A stretch of 63,428 nucleotides of DNA, counting the filler, from Nitrospinota bacterium (GTDB taxonomy: Bacteria; JAUXIQ01): NCBI GenBank assembly GCA_030620925.1. It is 13 parts of 13 records of this genome, joined end to end, with 100 filler letters (N's around TTAATTAATTAA, not from the genome) between each part and the next. Parts side by side here need not be neighbours in the genome. Positions count along the whole stretch, not along the records: positions 19,886 to 22,667 come from JAUXIQ010000406.1; positions 22,768 to 26,144 come from JAUXIQ010000319.1; positions 26,245 to 34,461 come from JAUXIQ010000071.1; 10 more parts are not named here. One strand, given 5' to 3'. Shown in pieces: positions 19,888 to 27,937 of this stretch. The notes beneath the pieces are model-generated. The model was not told the DNA's origin. It saw only the letters and a list, made by a program, of their open reading frames with translations, and ran no database searches. Position 1 is the first letter of the stretch. Every line of letters starts with the position of its first letter. The translations under genes were made by a program, and so were the position numbers.

Positions 19888-20580
19888 GACAGGTTTATTA
19901 AATCTCCCGACTACTTTCGGTCAGGAAAAATCATCGAAGGTTATACTCCGGAACGGTCCGATACGATGGCGGAAGCGTCAAAAAAAATTACTCTGGCTTT
20001 CCTTAACATAATTTTTCCTCAAAATGAGCATCTGAAGCAGATGCTGGAGCGGGGCGTCAGGTTTCTGGATATCGGCTGCGGGCAGGCGGGTCTTATCATC
20101 CAGTTGGCTCAAACGTTTGAAAAGAGCACCTTCGTCGGTGCGGAGCCGGTCACCTACAGTACCGAAAAGGTGAAAAAGAGAATCTCGGAGCTGGGATTGG
20201 AGGAGCGAGTCTCCGTGGAAAATATGGGAGGCGAAGCCCTGCCTTTCAATGATGAATTCGATATGATCAACATGAGCGTCACTTTCCACGAGATCGTTCC
20301 CGATATCCGGGTAAAGGTCATGGAAAATGCCTACCGGGCTTTGAAAACCGGCGGAAAGATGCTGATTTTCGATTTCAAGTATCCGGATAAAATAGAGGAT
20401 TTCAGAAAACCGGAATACATGCCGGGCGTTGTCGACGCCTTTGATGAAATTGTCCTGGGTGTCGTCCATCTCAACCGCCAGGAACAAAATGAATTTTTCA
20501 CTGGGCTGGGTTTCAAAGACATCCAGCGCATGGATATTGAAGGATTTACCGGGCTGGAGATCATCACCGCCACAATATAG
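19888..20580 (+). CDS. Class I SAM-dependent methyltransferase, 5'-truncated
   Basis: FLDIGCGQAG, FHE...YRALKTGG. The frame is open from the linker. Confidence 0.88.
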   Translation, partial: DRFIKSPDYFRSGKIIEGYTPERSDTMAEASKKITLAFLNIIFPQNEHLKQMLERGVRFLDIGCGQAGLIIQLAQTFEKSTFVGAEPVTYSTEKVKKRISELGLEERVSVENMGGEALPFNDEFDMINMSVTFHEIVPDIRVKVMENAYRALKTGGKMLIFDFKYPDKIEDFRKPEYMPGVVDAFDEIVLGVVHLNRQEQNEFFTGLGFKDIQRMDIEGFTGLEIITATI

Positions 20581-20593
20581 AAGCTCAAATTAG

Positions 20594-21580
20594 ATGACTG
20601 ACACGGACAAAACAATCGATCAAGTCTCAGATGCGCTCATAAAGTATCTCAGGGCCGAGCTCAACGATCCCGCTGTAGGCTATGAAACGACTCTCACTCA
20701 GATTGAAGGAGGCTACGAAACCCGCACGTTTAGCTTCAAGCTGAGCGGTGTCCGGGAAGAATTATCTAAACCGCTGGTCCTGCGCCTGTTCCCCTCATTT
20801 CAGGTAACTGATAAGGCCGTCTGGGAGAGCGCAGTCCAGAACGTGCTGGCGGAGGCGGGATACCCGGTGCCCCGGGTCTACTTCACCTGCACGGATAAGT
20901 TCATCCTCGGCGGCGCCTTCTTGATAATGGAGTTCCTGCAGGGCGAAAACATGCTGGACGCCTCCTCTGAGACGTTCCCCGACATGCTGGGCAAAATTCA
21001 TGCAGCCCTCCACGGCATCGATCCCGGGCCACTAGTCAAGGCATTGAAGGATCAGGGGATTGAGGAGAATCGATACCGGCTCGATGGAAAACTAGACCGG
21101 TTGAATGACAAGATAGAAAGTGCCCATCCCTGGCTGCGTGAAGGGATTAACTGGCTTCTTGAAACCCGACCTCCTGAACCGGAAACCCTCTCAATATGCC
21201 ACGGCGACTTCCACCCCATGAATATCCTTGTAAAAGACGGAAAAGTAACGGGAGTCCTCGACTGGCCCGGTTTCATCATCGCCGATCCAGTACTGGATGT
21301 AGCATTCACAATTGTGTTATCTACGGTAATCGCTAAACAATTCATGCCACAAATAGAATGGGGAAAAATAGTAAAAAAATACATAGACTCGTATAAAGAA
21401 GCAAGACCCCTCGACTTCAAACACCTTGAATACTACCGGGCGATGAGATGCGTCATGGCCCTTATGGACGGCGCAGAGGGACAAGCAGTATGGAGGCACC
21501 CACTTACCATAAAAGAGCTGACCGACCAAATTCACGAAATCACCAAAATCCGTATAACCCCGCCGAACCAGGCACAATAA
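20594..21580 (+). CDS. Phosphotransferase of the APH/acyl-CoA dehydrogenase 10-like kinase family
   Basis: LVLR, GYPVPRV, CHGDFHPMN, VLDW. Confidence 0.88.
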   Translation: MTDTDKTIDQVSDALIKYLRAELNDPAVGYETTLTQIEGGYETRTFSFKLSGVREELSKPLVLRLFPSFQVTDKAVWESAVQNVLAEAGYPVPRVYFTCTDKFILGGAFLIMEFLQGENMLDASSETFPDMLGKIHAALHGIDPGPLVKALKDQGIEENRYRLDGKLDRLNDKIESAHPWLREGINWLLETRPPEPETLSICHGDFHPMNILVKDGKVTGVLDWPGFIIADPVLDVAFTIVLSTVIAKQFMPQIEWGKIVKKYIDSYKEARPLDFKHLEYYRAMRCVMALMDGAEGQAVWRHPLTIKELTDQIHEITKIRITPPNQAQ

Positions 21581-21655
21581 AGATAAATTTCCCATCACAT
21601 TTTCGGGTACATAACTGTTAATAGTTGTACCAATATCAACAGGGGAGACATCAAA

Positions 21656-22417
21656 ATGGGGGGACAGTTGGAAGGCAGAGTCGCTCTGGTAACCGGTGGA
21701 GGCTCCGGCATCGGGCAGGCTACGGCGCTGGCGTTCGCCAGGGAAAGAGCAAGGGTCATCGCAGCCGATGTTAACGCTGAAGGTGGCGAGGAGACGGTGA
21801 GCATGATCGAGGAAGCGGGCGGCGAAGCTATCTTCATCAAAACTGACGTATCCAGCTCGGCCGAGGTAGAGGCTTTGGTCAATGCAACCGTAGAGACCCA
21901 CGGCCGATTGGATTGCGCTTTCAACAACGCGGGTATCGGGGGCTCCATGGCCCTGACGCATAAACGCAATGAAGAAGAGTGGGATAGCACCATCAACATA
22001 AACCTCAAGGGCGTCTGGCTGTGCATGAAGTACGAGATTCTACAGATGCTTAAACAGGGAGGCGGGACCATCGTCAATACGTCCTCTGCGGCGGGTTTGG
22101 TCGGCACAATTGCTGCTTCAGCTTACTCAGCCAGCAAGCACGGCGTGGTGGGTTTGACCAAATCAGCCGCCCTCGAATACGCACAAAGGGGCATCAGAAT
22201 CAACGCCGTGTGCCCCGGCGCAGTCCGCACGCCGATGCTGGAAAACGGCATTACTCTCCTACCCGAAGGTGAACAGCAAATACTCGCAATGGAACCGATA
22301 GGACGAATAGCATCCCCGGAGGAGATCGCAGAGGCCGTTGTCTGGCTCTGTTCGGACGCCGCCTCTTTCGTCACGGGGCATGCCATGGCCGTCGACGGAG
22401 GCTGGACCGCCCAATAA
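21656..22417 (+). CDS. Short-chain dehydrogenase/reductase
   Basis: TGGGSGIG, NNAG, YSASK, VDGG. Confidence 0.95.
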   Translation: MGGQLEGRVALVTGGGSGIGQATALAFARERARVIAADVNAEGGEETVSMIEEAGGEAIFIKTDVSSSAEVEALVNATVETHGRLDCAFNNAGIGGSMALTHKRNEEEWDSTININLKGVWLCMKYEILQMLKQGGGTIVNTSSAAGLVGTIAASAYSASKHGVVGLTKSAALEYAQRGIRINAVCPGAVRTPMLENGITLLPEGEQQILAMEPIGRIASPEEIAEAVVWLCSDAASFVTGHAMAVDGGWTAQ

Positions 22418-22449
22418 TAACCGGACATACCCTCCTGATAACCTTCTTT

Positions 22450-22667
22450 CTCGGGATGTCGCTCCTACCCACCAACGTAGTCCCGCGGAACGCGGGACAG
22501 GCGCGATAAGAGAAAAACGCATAAATAAACATCTGTAGAGACAATTCATGAATGGTCTCTACGCAACACGTTTTTTTCTTCAGAGGGCAGGCCTGCGGTC
22601 CGCGGGACAGGCGCGACCGTAGGGGCAGGTCTTGTGCCTGCCCAGGCGACCGACCGGTCACCCCTAC
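22450..22667. repeat. REP cluster with two 17-bp inserts (22481, 22591) and a near-perfect 28-bp palindrome (22535..22562)
   Basis: GTAG-TCCCGCGGAACGCGGGA-CAGGCGCGA; GTAGAGACAATTCATGAATGGTCTCTAC; GTAGGGGCAGGTCTTGTGCCTGCCC; GGCGACCGACCGGTCACCCCTAC. The contig ends inside the cluster. Confidence 0.8.
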
Positions 22668-22767
22668 NNNNNNNNNNNNNNNNNNNNNNNNNNNNNNNNN
22701 NNNNNNNNNNNTTAATTAATTAANNNNNNNNNNNNNNNNNNNNNNNNNNNNNNNNNNNNNNNNNNNN
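22668..22767. other. Artificial contig linker
   Basis: N44-TTAATTAATTAA-N44. Confidence 0.99.
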
Positions 22768-23839
22768 ACACGGTGCAGGTACTGTTGATGCGCACGGTCC
22801 TGGTCGAGTTCAACGACAGGGGGCCAAGCTCGTGCAGACCGATGTTCAGCTCATCGGCGATATATCCCAGGTATCGACCGCAGCCTGCAGCGCAACGGTC
22901 GTTCATCTGAAAACTCTTGACTATTCCGTGTTCGTCCACCTGGATGGCCTTGGTGTCCTGGCCCCCGATATCCAGCACAGTCCTGGTGTCGGGGAACATG
23001 TAGTGTGCTCCCAGACCGTGGCAGAGAATCTCTGAGCGAATCTGGTCTTTCCTGAAGGGAAGCCGCTGACGCCCGTAGCCGGTACCTACGGTGTTCTCCA
23101 AGGGAAGACCCTCGGGGGATATTTCGCCAACATGGTTATCATGAGAAGATTCCCCTGAACCGTTGTCCAGGTTATTCATCAGTTCTTTCACCTTTTCCGC
23201 CGCCCCGTCGCCCGCCAGCTCAGGCTCTCGACTCAAGGTAAATTCCAGGGTGTCTATGACGCGCTCCTGGAAGCCGCTCTCCCTTATCTGGTTCTCCACT
23301 TTTATGATTGACTTGTCGTAGATGCCCATTAACTCCTCGAAACTGGGCCCCTCTGCTCTGCCTTCGCTATCAGCCAATCGCAGGAACTCCGAGCCGACGA
23401 TATCCCTGAAAAACTGAGAACGCTCCATGCTCTCTGTGGAGAAGAGCTGTAAGGAGCGTTCCTCCAGCGCCTGGAAAATGGACTCCAGCGCGGCGCGGGT
23501 TTCATCCAGGCGAGGGCCTGTTTTGGTTCCTTCAGATAGCTGGAAGCAGTTTTCTTTGAGGCTCTTCAGTTTATCCACCTGCTGCAGGTAGCCGAAATCG
23601 GCTTCGAGAGCATCGAAGAGCTCTCCCAAACCGGCGGAAGAACCGTCCTCCGTTCCCGCCTGCCTGCGCAGGAGATAGAAGCGAGCGTTGTTCATGGCCT
23701 CATCGCCCGCCACTCTGGTGGCTACCTTGTAGTTGCTTCGGGTGTTTGTTATGCCCCGGCCGATCATCTGCTCGCGGTCGTCCATGACCACCGCTTTGGT
23801 GGTCGTGGAGCCCAGGTCTATACCAAGATAGTAACCCAT
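22768..23839 (-). CDS. bcrA: Benzoyl-CoA reductase ATPase subunit A (BcrA/BadF), 3'-truncated
   Basis: GIDLGSTTTKAV, GRGITNTRSNY, GTGYGR, SEILCHGLGA, LDIGGQDTK, MNDRCAAGCGRYL. Confidence 0.92.
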
Positions 23840-25122
23840 CAGTGCGCTCCTAATTTGCGTTTCTGGTCTATCATCTGAAGATAAGATTCCAGACGGTTCT
23901 TTATGTTGGCGTGGGAAAAATAGCGGGAGTCTACCAGGTCGGACTCGATGAAACCGCCCGGAATGCCCGTCCTCTGTTCCAGCTCCCTCATCATCAGGAG
24001 CTGCCCGGCCGAGAAGGAGTTGCAGCTCTTGATGGAATTGATTATGAACCCGTCAGCGCTGTATTCGTTTATATATTTCTCGATGAGGTTTATCCTCTCG
24101 GGAATGCTCAGGTTGGTGTATACGCCCAGACAGTACCGGGCCAGGGACTCCAGCGGCTTATCCGGATCGTGCCGGAAACCCAGATCGTATACTCCGCCCA
24201 CTTTTGTGTAGGTGGAGACGACGGGGACGGCACCTTCGTCGTAGAACATCTTCCAGAAATCCCTGAAACTGGTCCAGTTGGGGGGACCTTCCACCACCAG
24301 GCGGTATTTTTCCAGGGCCAGCATGCCTTCGGGCGTCGTGGGCCCCTCTTTCCTTTCTATCCTGCCCTCTATCTCACGGCGAAGCTCCTGATAGTATTCG
24401 ACGCACTCTCTGGTGCCCCTGAACGCGGTGAATATGGGGCCTATGTAATAGACGCCCGCGAAGTAGCCGTCTATGGGCGAGGGGATGTTCTTCCCGGCTT
24501 CCAGGGCATACACGAAATCTTCCTCAGCCTCGGCGGATCGGGCCAGGTATTCTCTGAGTTTCCCCTCGTCGTACTTGTTCCCGGAAACTCTCTCCAACAG
24601 CGGAATGACTTCCCGCTCCATCTGGCCCACCATATATTCCACCATCTGCGTAGTGATGTGTCCGTCACCCTGATAAGGGGTGTGCAGCATGGCCACGGGA
24701 GCCTCGTAAAGATTGCCCAGGTTCTCGAACCACTTCATGAAGGTGAAGCACCCCGTGTAGCTCAACAGGAGCAGGTCGGGCGGAGGCACCTTTTCGCCTG
24801 TGGGACCCTCGTTACCGGCGAGCATCATCCCGATGTCGCACTTCACGTAGGTGCAAACGTCCTCGGAGTGGCCGATCTTTTCTGATTCACGGATGAACTC
24901 GTCCGACCTCTTGCGCATGCCCGACTGGAGGGCGTTGATCTCGGGGTAGACGGGTATCATGCCCATGGAGAGGATGAGTTCGGTAAGGTTCCCGGGGACA
25001 AAGGTATAGACCACCTTCTTCCCTTCCTGTCCGGCGCAGCTCAGTCGTTGGAAATAATCCCCCAGCATCTCTTTCTGTTTAACCATACTGGGTTCTTTCT
25101 GTACGTCTTGCCCGGTGCTCAT
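23839..25122 (-). CDS. bcrB: Benzoyl-CoA reductase subunit B (BcrB/BadE)
   Basis: YTFVPGNLTEL, EINALQSGMRK, HSEDVCTYVK, YTGCFTFMKWFE, NSIKSCNSFSAGQ. Confidence 0.92.
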   Translation of the reverse strand: MSTGQDVQKEPSMVKQKEMLGDYFQRLSCAGQEGKKVVYTFVPGNLTELILSMGMIPVYPEINALQSGMRKRSDEFIRESEKIGHSEDVCTYVKCDIGMMLAGNEGPTGEKVPPPDLLLLSYTGCFTFMKWFENLGNLYEAPVAMLHTPYQGDGHITTQMVEYMVGQMEREVIPLLERVSGNKYDEGKLREYLARSAEAEEDFVYALEAGKNIPSPIDGYFAGVYYIGPIFTAFRGTRECVEYYQELRREIEGRIERKEGPTTPEGMLALEKYRLVVEGPPNWTSFRDFWKMFYDEGAVPVVSTYTKVGGVYDLGFRHDPDKPLESLARYCLGVYTNLSIPERINLIEKYINEYSADGFIINSIKSCNSFSAGQLLMMRELEQRTGIPGGFIESDLVDSRYFSHANIKNRLESYLQMIDQKRKLGAH

Positions 25123-26144
25123 GTTGCGCTCCAGAGTTTGATGGAATCTGAGAAGGTGCCCGTCTGCTCCCGGATGACCTGGAACTGCCCCAGGTTCTCG
25201 GCGTACTGAAAGCCGGTATGGGGGATGCCTTCCTCATCGAGGGTCTTGATGAATTCCGGCCGGTCGAGCAGCGTGGGGTCGCAGAAACTTGGGCAGGCGA
25301 AGATAACACCGTCCGCACGGCGGTGGTGCACGGTCTCCAACAGCAGCTTCCCCTTGGGATTCCCCGCTTCATATTTAGCGGAGGAATATGTGCTGTTCTC
25401 AATGAAGGCACCGGCCAGGGCGGATATGGGGTCTCCTTCAGTATCAACGTCCTGGAGTAGCCAGCGATGGCCCAGCATGAAATCATCATCCACTATATAG
25501 CAGCCTGCATTCTCCAACGTCTTGATAAGGCCCAGGGGAGGCTGTTCGCAGAAGGCGCCCACCAGCACCACCCGCACGTTATCCATCTCCTTGCGGTCCA
25601 TGCCTTCGATCCCTTCCAGATAATCCTCCAGGAGGGCGTTGTGGTCTTCGACGCTCAGGATGTTGCCTGCCCTGGCCAATAGATAGGTTTCGTAAGTAGG
25701 CACCAGCCAGGGCTTTTGGCTGCGCAGGTCGTACAGCGTGTTCATCAGGCGCCGGTTTACGTTGTATACTTCGATGGCGGCGCGCATGGAGTCGTCGCTT
25801 ATTGCGCCGCCGCCCATTTTCTCCAAATCTTCCTTGAAGCTGTGCAGCTCCTTGATGTAAAACTCGCCGCCCACAGCGGGGTCGAAATTCTGTGGAAAAT
25901 CAAAGTACTTGGCATACTTGCCGGGGAACATCACCTGCCACATCCCGGAAAGGTTGCGGATGACATCGCAGATGGAGGGGAAGAGCATTCCGTCCAGGCA
26001 GTCGAGCCTGCCTGCCAGCCCCAACTCGATCACGCTGCGAGGGATATGACAGATATAGGACTGGTAATAGGCGTCCCCTTTTATTATCTCCACCAGGTCT
26101 CCGCCGCCCATGACGCCCACGGGAAGCATGCCCCCGGCATGGAT
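25119..26144 (-). CDS. bcrC: Benzoyl-CoA reductase subunit C (BcrC/BadD), 5'-truncated
   Basis: GDAYYQSYICHIPRS, FPSICDVIRNLSGMW, FCEQPP, PSFCDP, EQTGTFSDSIKLW. Confidence 0.92.
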   Translation of the reverse strand: MHAGGMLPVGVMGGGDLVEIIKGDAYYQSYICHIPRSVIELGLAGRLDCLDGMLFPSICDVIRNLSGMWQVMFPGKYAKYFDFPQNFDPAVGGEFYIKELHSFKEDLEKMGGGAISDDSMRAAIEVYNVNRRLMNTLYDLRSQKPWLVPTYETYLLARAGNILSVEDHNALLEDYLEGIEGMDRKEMDNVRVVLVGAFCEQPPLGLIKTLENAGCYIVDDDFMLGHRWLLQDVDTEGDPISALAGAFIENSTYSSAKYEAGNPKGKLLLETVHHRRADGVIFACPSFCDPTLLDRPEFIKTLDEEGIPHTGFQYAENLGQFQVIREQTGTFSDSIKLWSAT

Positions 26145-26244
26145 NNNNNNNNNNNNNNNNNNNNNNNNNNNNNNNNNNNNNNNNNNNNTTAATTAATTAA
26201 NNNNNNNNNNNNNNNNNNNNNNNNNNNNNNNNNNNNNNNNNNNN
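26145..26244. other. Artificial contig linker
   Basis: N44-TTAATTAATTAA-N44. Confidence 0.99.
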
Positions 26245-26376
26245 GTTGGACAGGTTTGACCTTTGTATGTCCCGGTGGTTGGACAGGTTTGACCTTTGTA
26301 TGTCCCGGTGGTTGGACAGGTTTAGCCTTTGCGTGTCCCGGTGGTTGGGCAGGTTTGACCACTGCGTGTCCTAGCG
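26245..26376. repeat. 33-bp coding tandem repeat, at least 4 copies
   Basis: GTTGGACAGGTTTGACCTTTGTATGTCCCGGTG identical at 26245 and 26278, diverged at 26311 and 26344. The contig breaks inside the array. Confidence 0.9.
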
Positions 26377-26509
26377 GTTGGACAACTTTCGGATGTGGGT
26401 TCCGGCGTGCAAATATGCCTCCTCTTGTGACAGTACACGATGTGAGGGTGAAGATAAAAAGCAGGCAACTCAACAAAATCAACTGCTTTGTCATTCGGAG
26501 GCGGATCAT
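26245..26509 (-). CDS. Pro/His-rich repeat lipoprotein, 3'-truncated, paralogue of 27172..27612
   Basis: Signal with LTS-C lipobox nearly identical to the neighbouring paralogue, then 11-aa repeats VQPPGHTKVKP. Confidence 0.75.
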
Positions 26510-26607
26510 CTCGATTCTCCTTAGAGTTGAATTAATATTTTTGCATGGCTTTTCGCTTTAGCTTATTAAAATCGAAGATAAATGCTGGAGTCATAGCTCA
26601 TAATGTA

Positions 26608-26634
26608 GTATCGGAACGCTCTTAACTTTCTTGA
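26608..26634 (-). promoter_or_regulatory. Sigma28(FliA)-like promoter, copy 1
   Basis: Minus strand TCAAG-14nt-TCCGATAC, conserved upstream of both lipoprotein paralogues. Confidence 0.4.
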
Positions 26635-26833
26635 TAGGTTTTATAACACCCTCGAAATGAGTATCTCCAATGCATGTTTACATTTACTGATATACGCTGG
26701 AATAGTGGAATTTCTTCCATAGAGCACTTTGAAAAAGAGGCGTGTCTGCAATAATTCTGGCTGATTGTCCGGGGAGTGTTTGACCAACGTCGCGCCTGTT
26801 CCGCGTTCCGCGGGATTGTCCAAGGGTTTTTTT

Positions 26834-26950
26834 GTAGAGACAATTCATGAATTGTCTCTACAAGTGGTTGTACTTTAACATGTTGCTCTGGTTACTAGAG
26901 TCTCCCTCCCTTGACGGGAGGGTGATCAAGGGCGACCGCCAGTCGCCCCT
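26834..26950 (+). repeat. Composite repeat, left copy (inverted partner at 30929..31069)
   Basis: Perfect palindrome GTAGAGACAATTCATGAATTGTCTCTAC, shared non-palindromic spacer, CCCTCCC hairpin, then GGGCGACCGCCAGTCGCCCCT. Confidence 0.85.
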
Positions 26951-27105
26951 GCCCTGGCTCTTGTAGGATCGGCTTCCAGCCGCGATCCAAATCCGGATAC
27001 CCACCCTTAAAAGTGTGGGTATGTATCTATCGAGCTCAAGAGTGGCGGGCGAGCTTGTTGGCGAAGATGCTTATCAGCTCGCCGAGCATGATGCAATCCA
27101 TAATT

Positions 27106-27137
27106 AAAAAGGCAGGGCCATTTCGGCCCTGCCTTTT
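27106..27137 (-). terminator. Intrinsic terminator of the 27172..27612 gene
   Basis: AAAAAGGCAGGGCC-ATTTC-GGCCCTGCCTTTT. Confidence 0.8.
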
Positions 27138-27171
27138 GGATATTTCTTTTCGGTGTCGATTGTCGTTCAGA

Positions 27172-27612
27172 CTATTTTCTCTTCTTTTTCTTGCCCTTTT
27201 TCTTGAGCTGACCCGGGGGGTATTTGGTCTTGTGGTTTTTGAAATGGGTGTACGGCTTTTCGGTTTCCAGCTCGAGGCTTACGCGGCTCCCCAGGTTTGC
27301 CCTTAAGTTCTGCGGCAGGGAAACGGAGACCAGCCAGTTATCCCCTTTAAGGTAAAAGTATACCTTTCTCGTTACATCGTAGTAAACGAAGGCGGAAGGA
27401 TAGTAGTAATAGCGATGTTTCGCCCTTCGTCCGTAGGCTTTGGCGTGGGGCGGCGGGCCCGGTTTGGTATGGCCGGGCGGTGGAGCGACTCTGGGTTTCG
27501 GCCGACTGCCTATGTATACGCCTCCGCCTGTGGCGGTACATGATGTGAGGGTGAAGATGAAAAGTAGACTACTCAACAAAATCAATTGCTTTGTCCTTCG
27601 GGGGCGGATCAT
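27172..27612 (-). CDS. Basic Pro/Tyr-rich lipoprotein (PPPHAxAxG...YYYYP...PPGQxKK type)
   Basis: LTS-C lipobox, PPPHAKAYGRRAKHRYYYYP, YPPGQLKKK. AAGGAG RBS. Confidence 0.8.
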   Translation of the reverse strand: MIRPRRTKQLILLSSLLFIFTLTSCTATGGGVYIGSRPKPRVAPPPGHTKPGPPPHAKAYGRRAKHRYYYYPSAFVYYDVTRKVYFYLKGDNWLVSVSLPQNLRANLGSRVSLELETEKPYTHFKNHKTKYPPGQLKKKGKKKKRK

Positions 27613-27710
27613 CTCGTTTCTCCTTAAAGTTGAATTAATATTTTTTCATGCCTTTTTGTTTCCGGCTATTTTATTCAAGATAGATGGCATAAGCCGTCAC
27701 TTATAATTTC

Positions 27711-27738
27711 GTATCGGGAGCGGCATCGACTTTCTTGA
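27711..27738 (-). promoter_or_regulatory. Sigma28(FliA)-like promoter, copy 2
   Basis: Minus strand TCAAG-15nt-CCCGATAC. Confidence 0.4.
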
Positions 27739-27937
27739 GGAGTTTTATACCATATCCGGAATGAGCATCTCCATAAATATTATAGACGTTCAACTGGTGA
27801 AATTTCTTTAACAGAATACTTTAAAATCGCTGCGCTCATGCTATAATTCTGGCTGATTGTCCAGGGGGAAGTTCATCTGCTGTGGTATGGCAACGGCTGA
27901 AAAGCTTCATCGAATATCACGTTAAGGGAAGGGAAAG

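Noticed and set aside
26245-26376. 33-bp repeats as a CRISPR array
   Set aside because: The copies are directly adjacent with no spacers and encode an in-frame peptide repeat.
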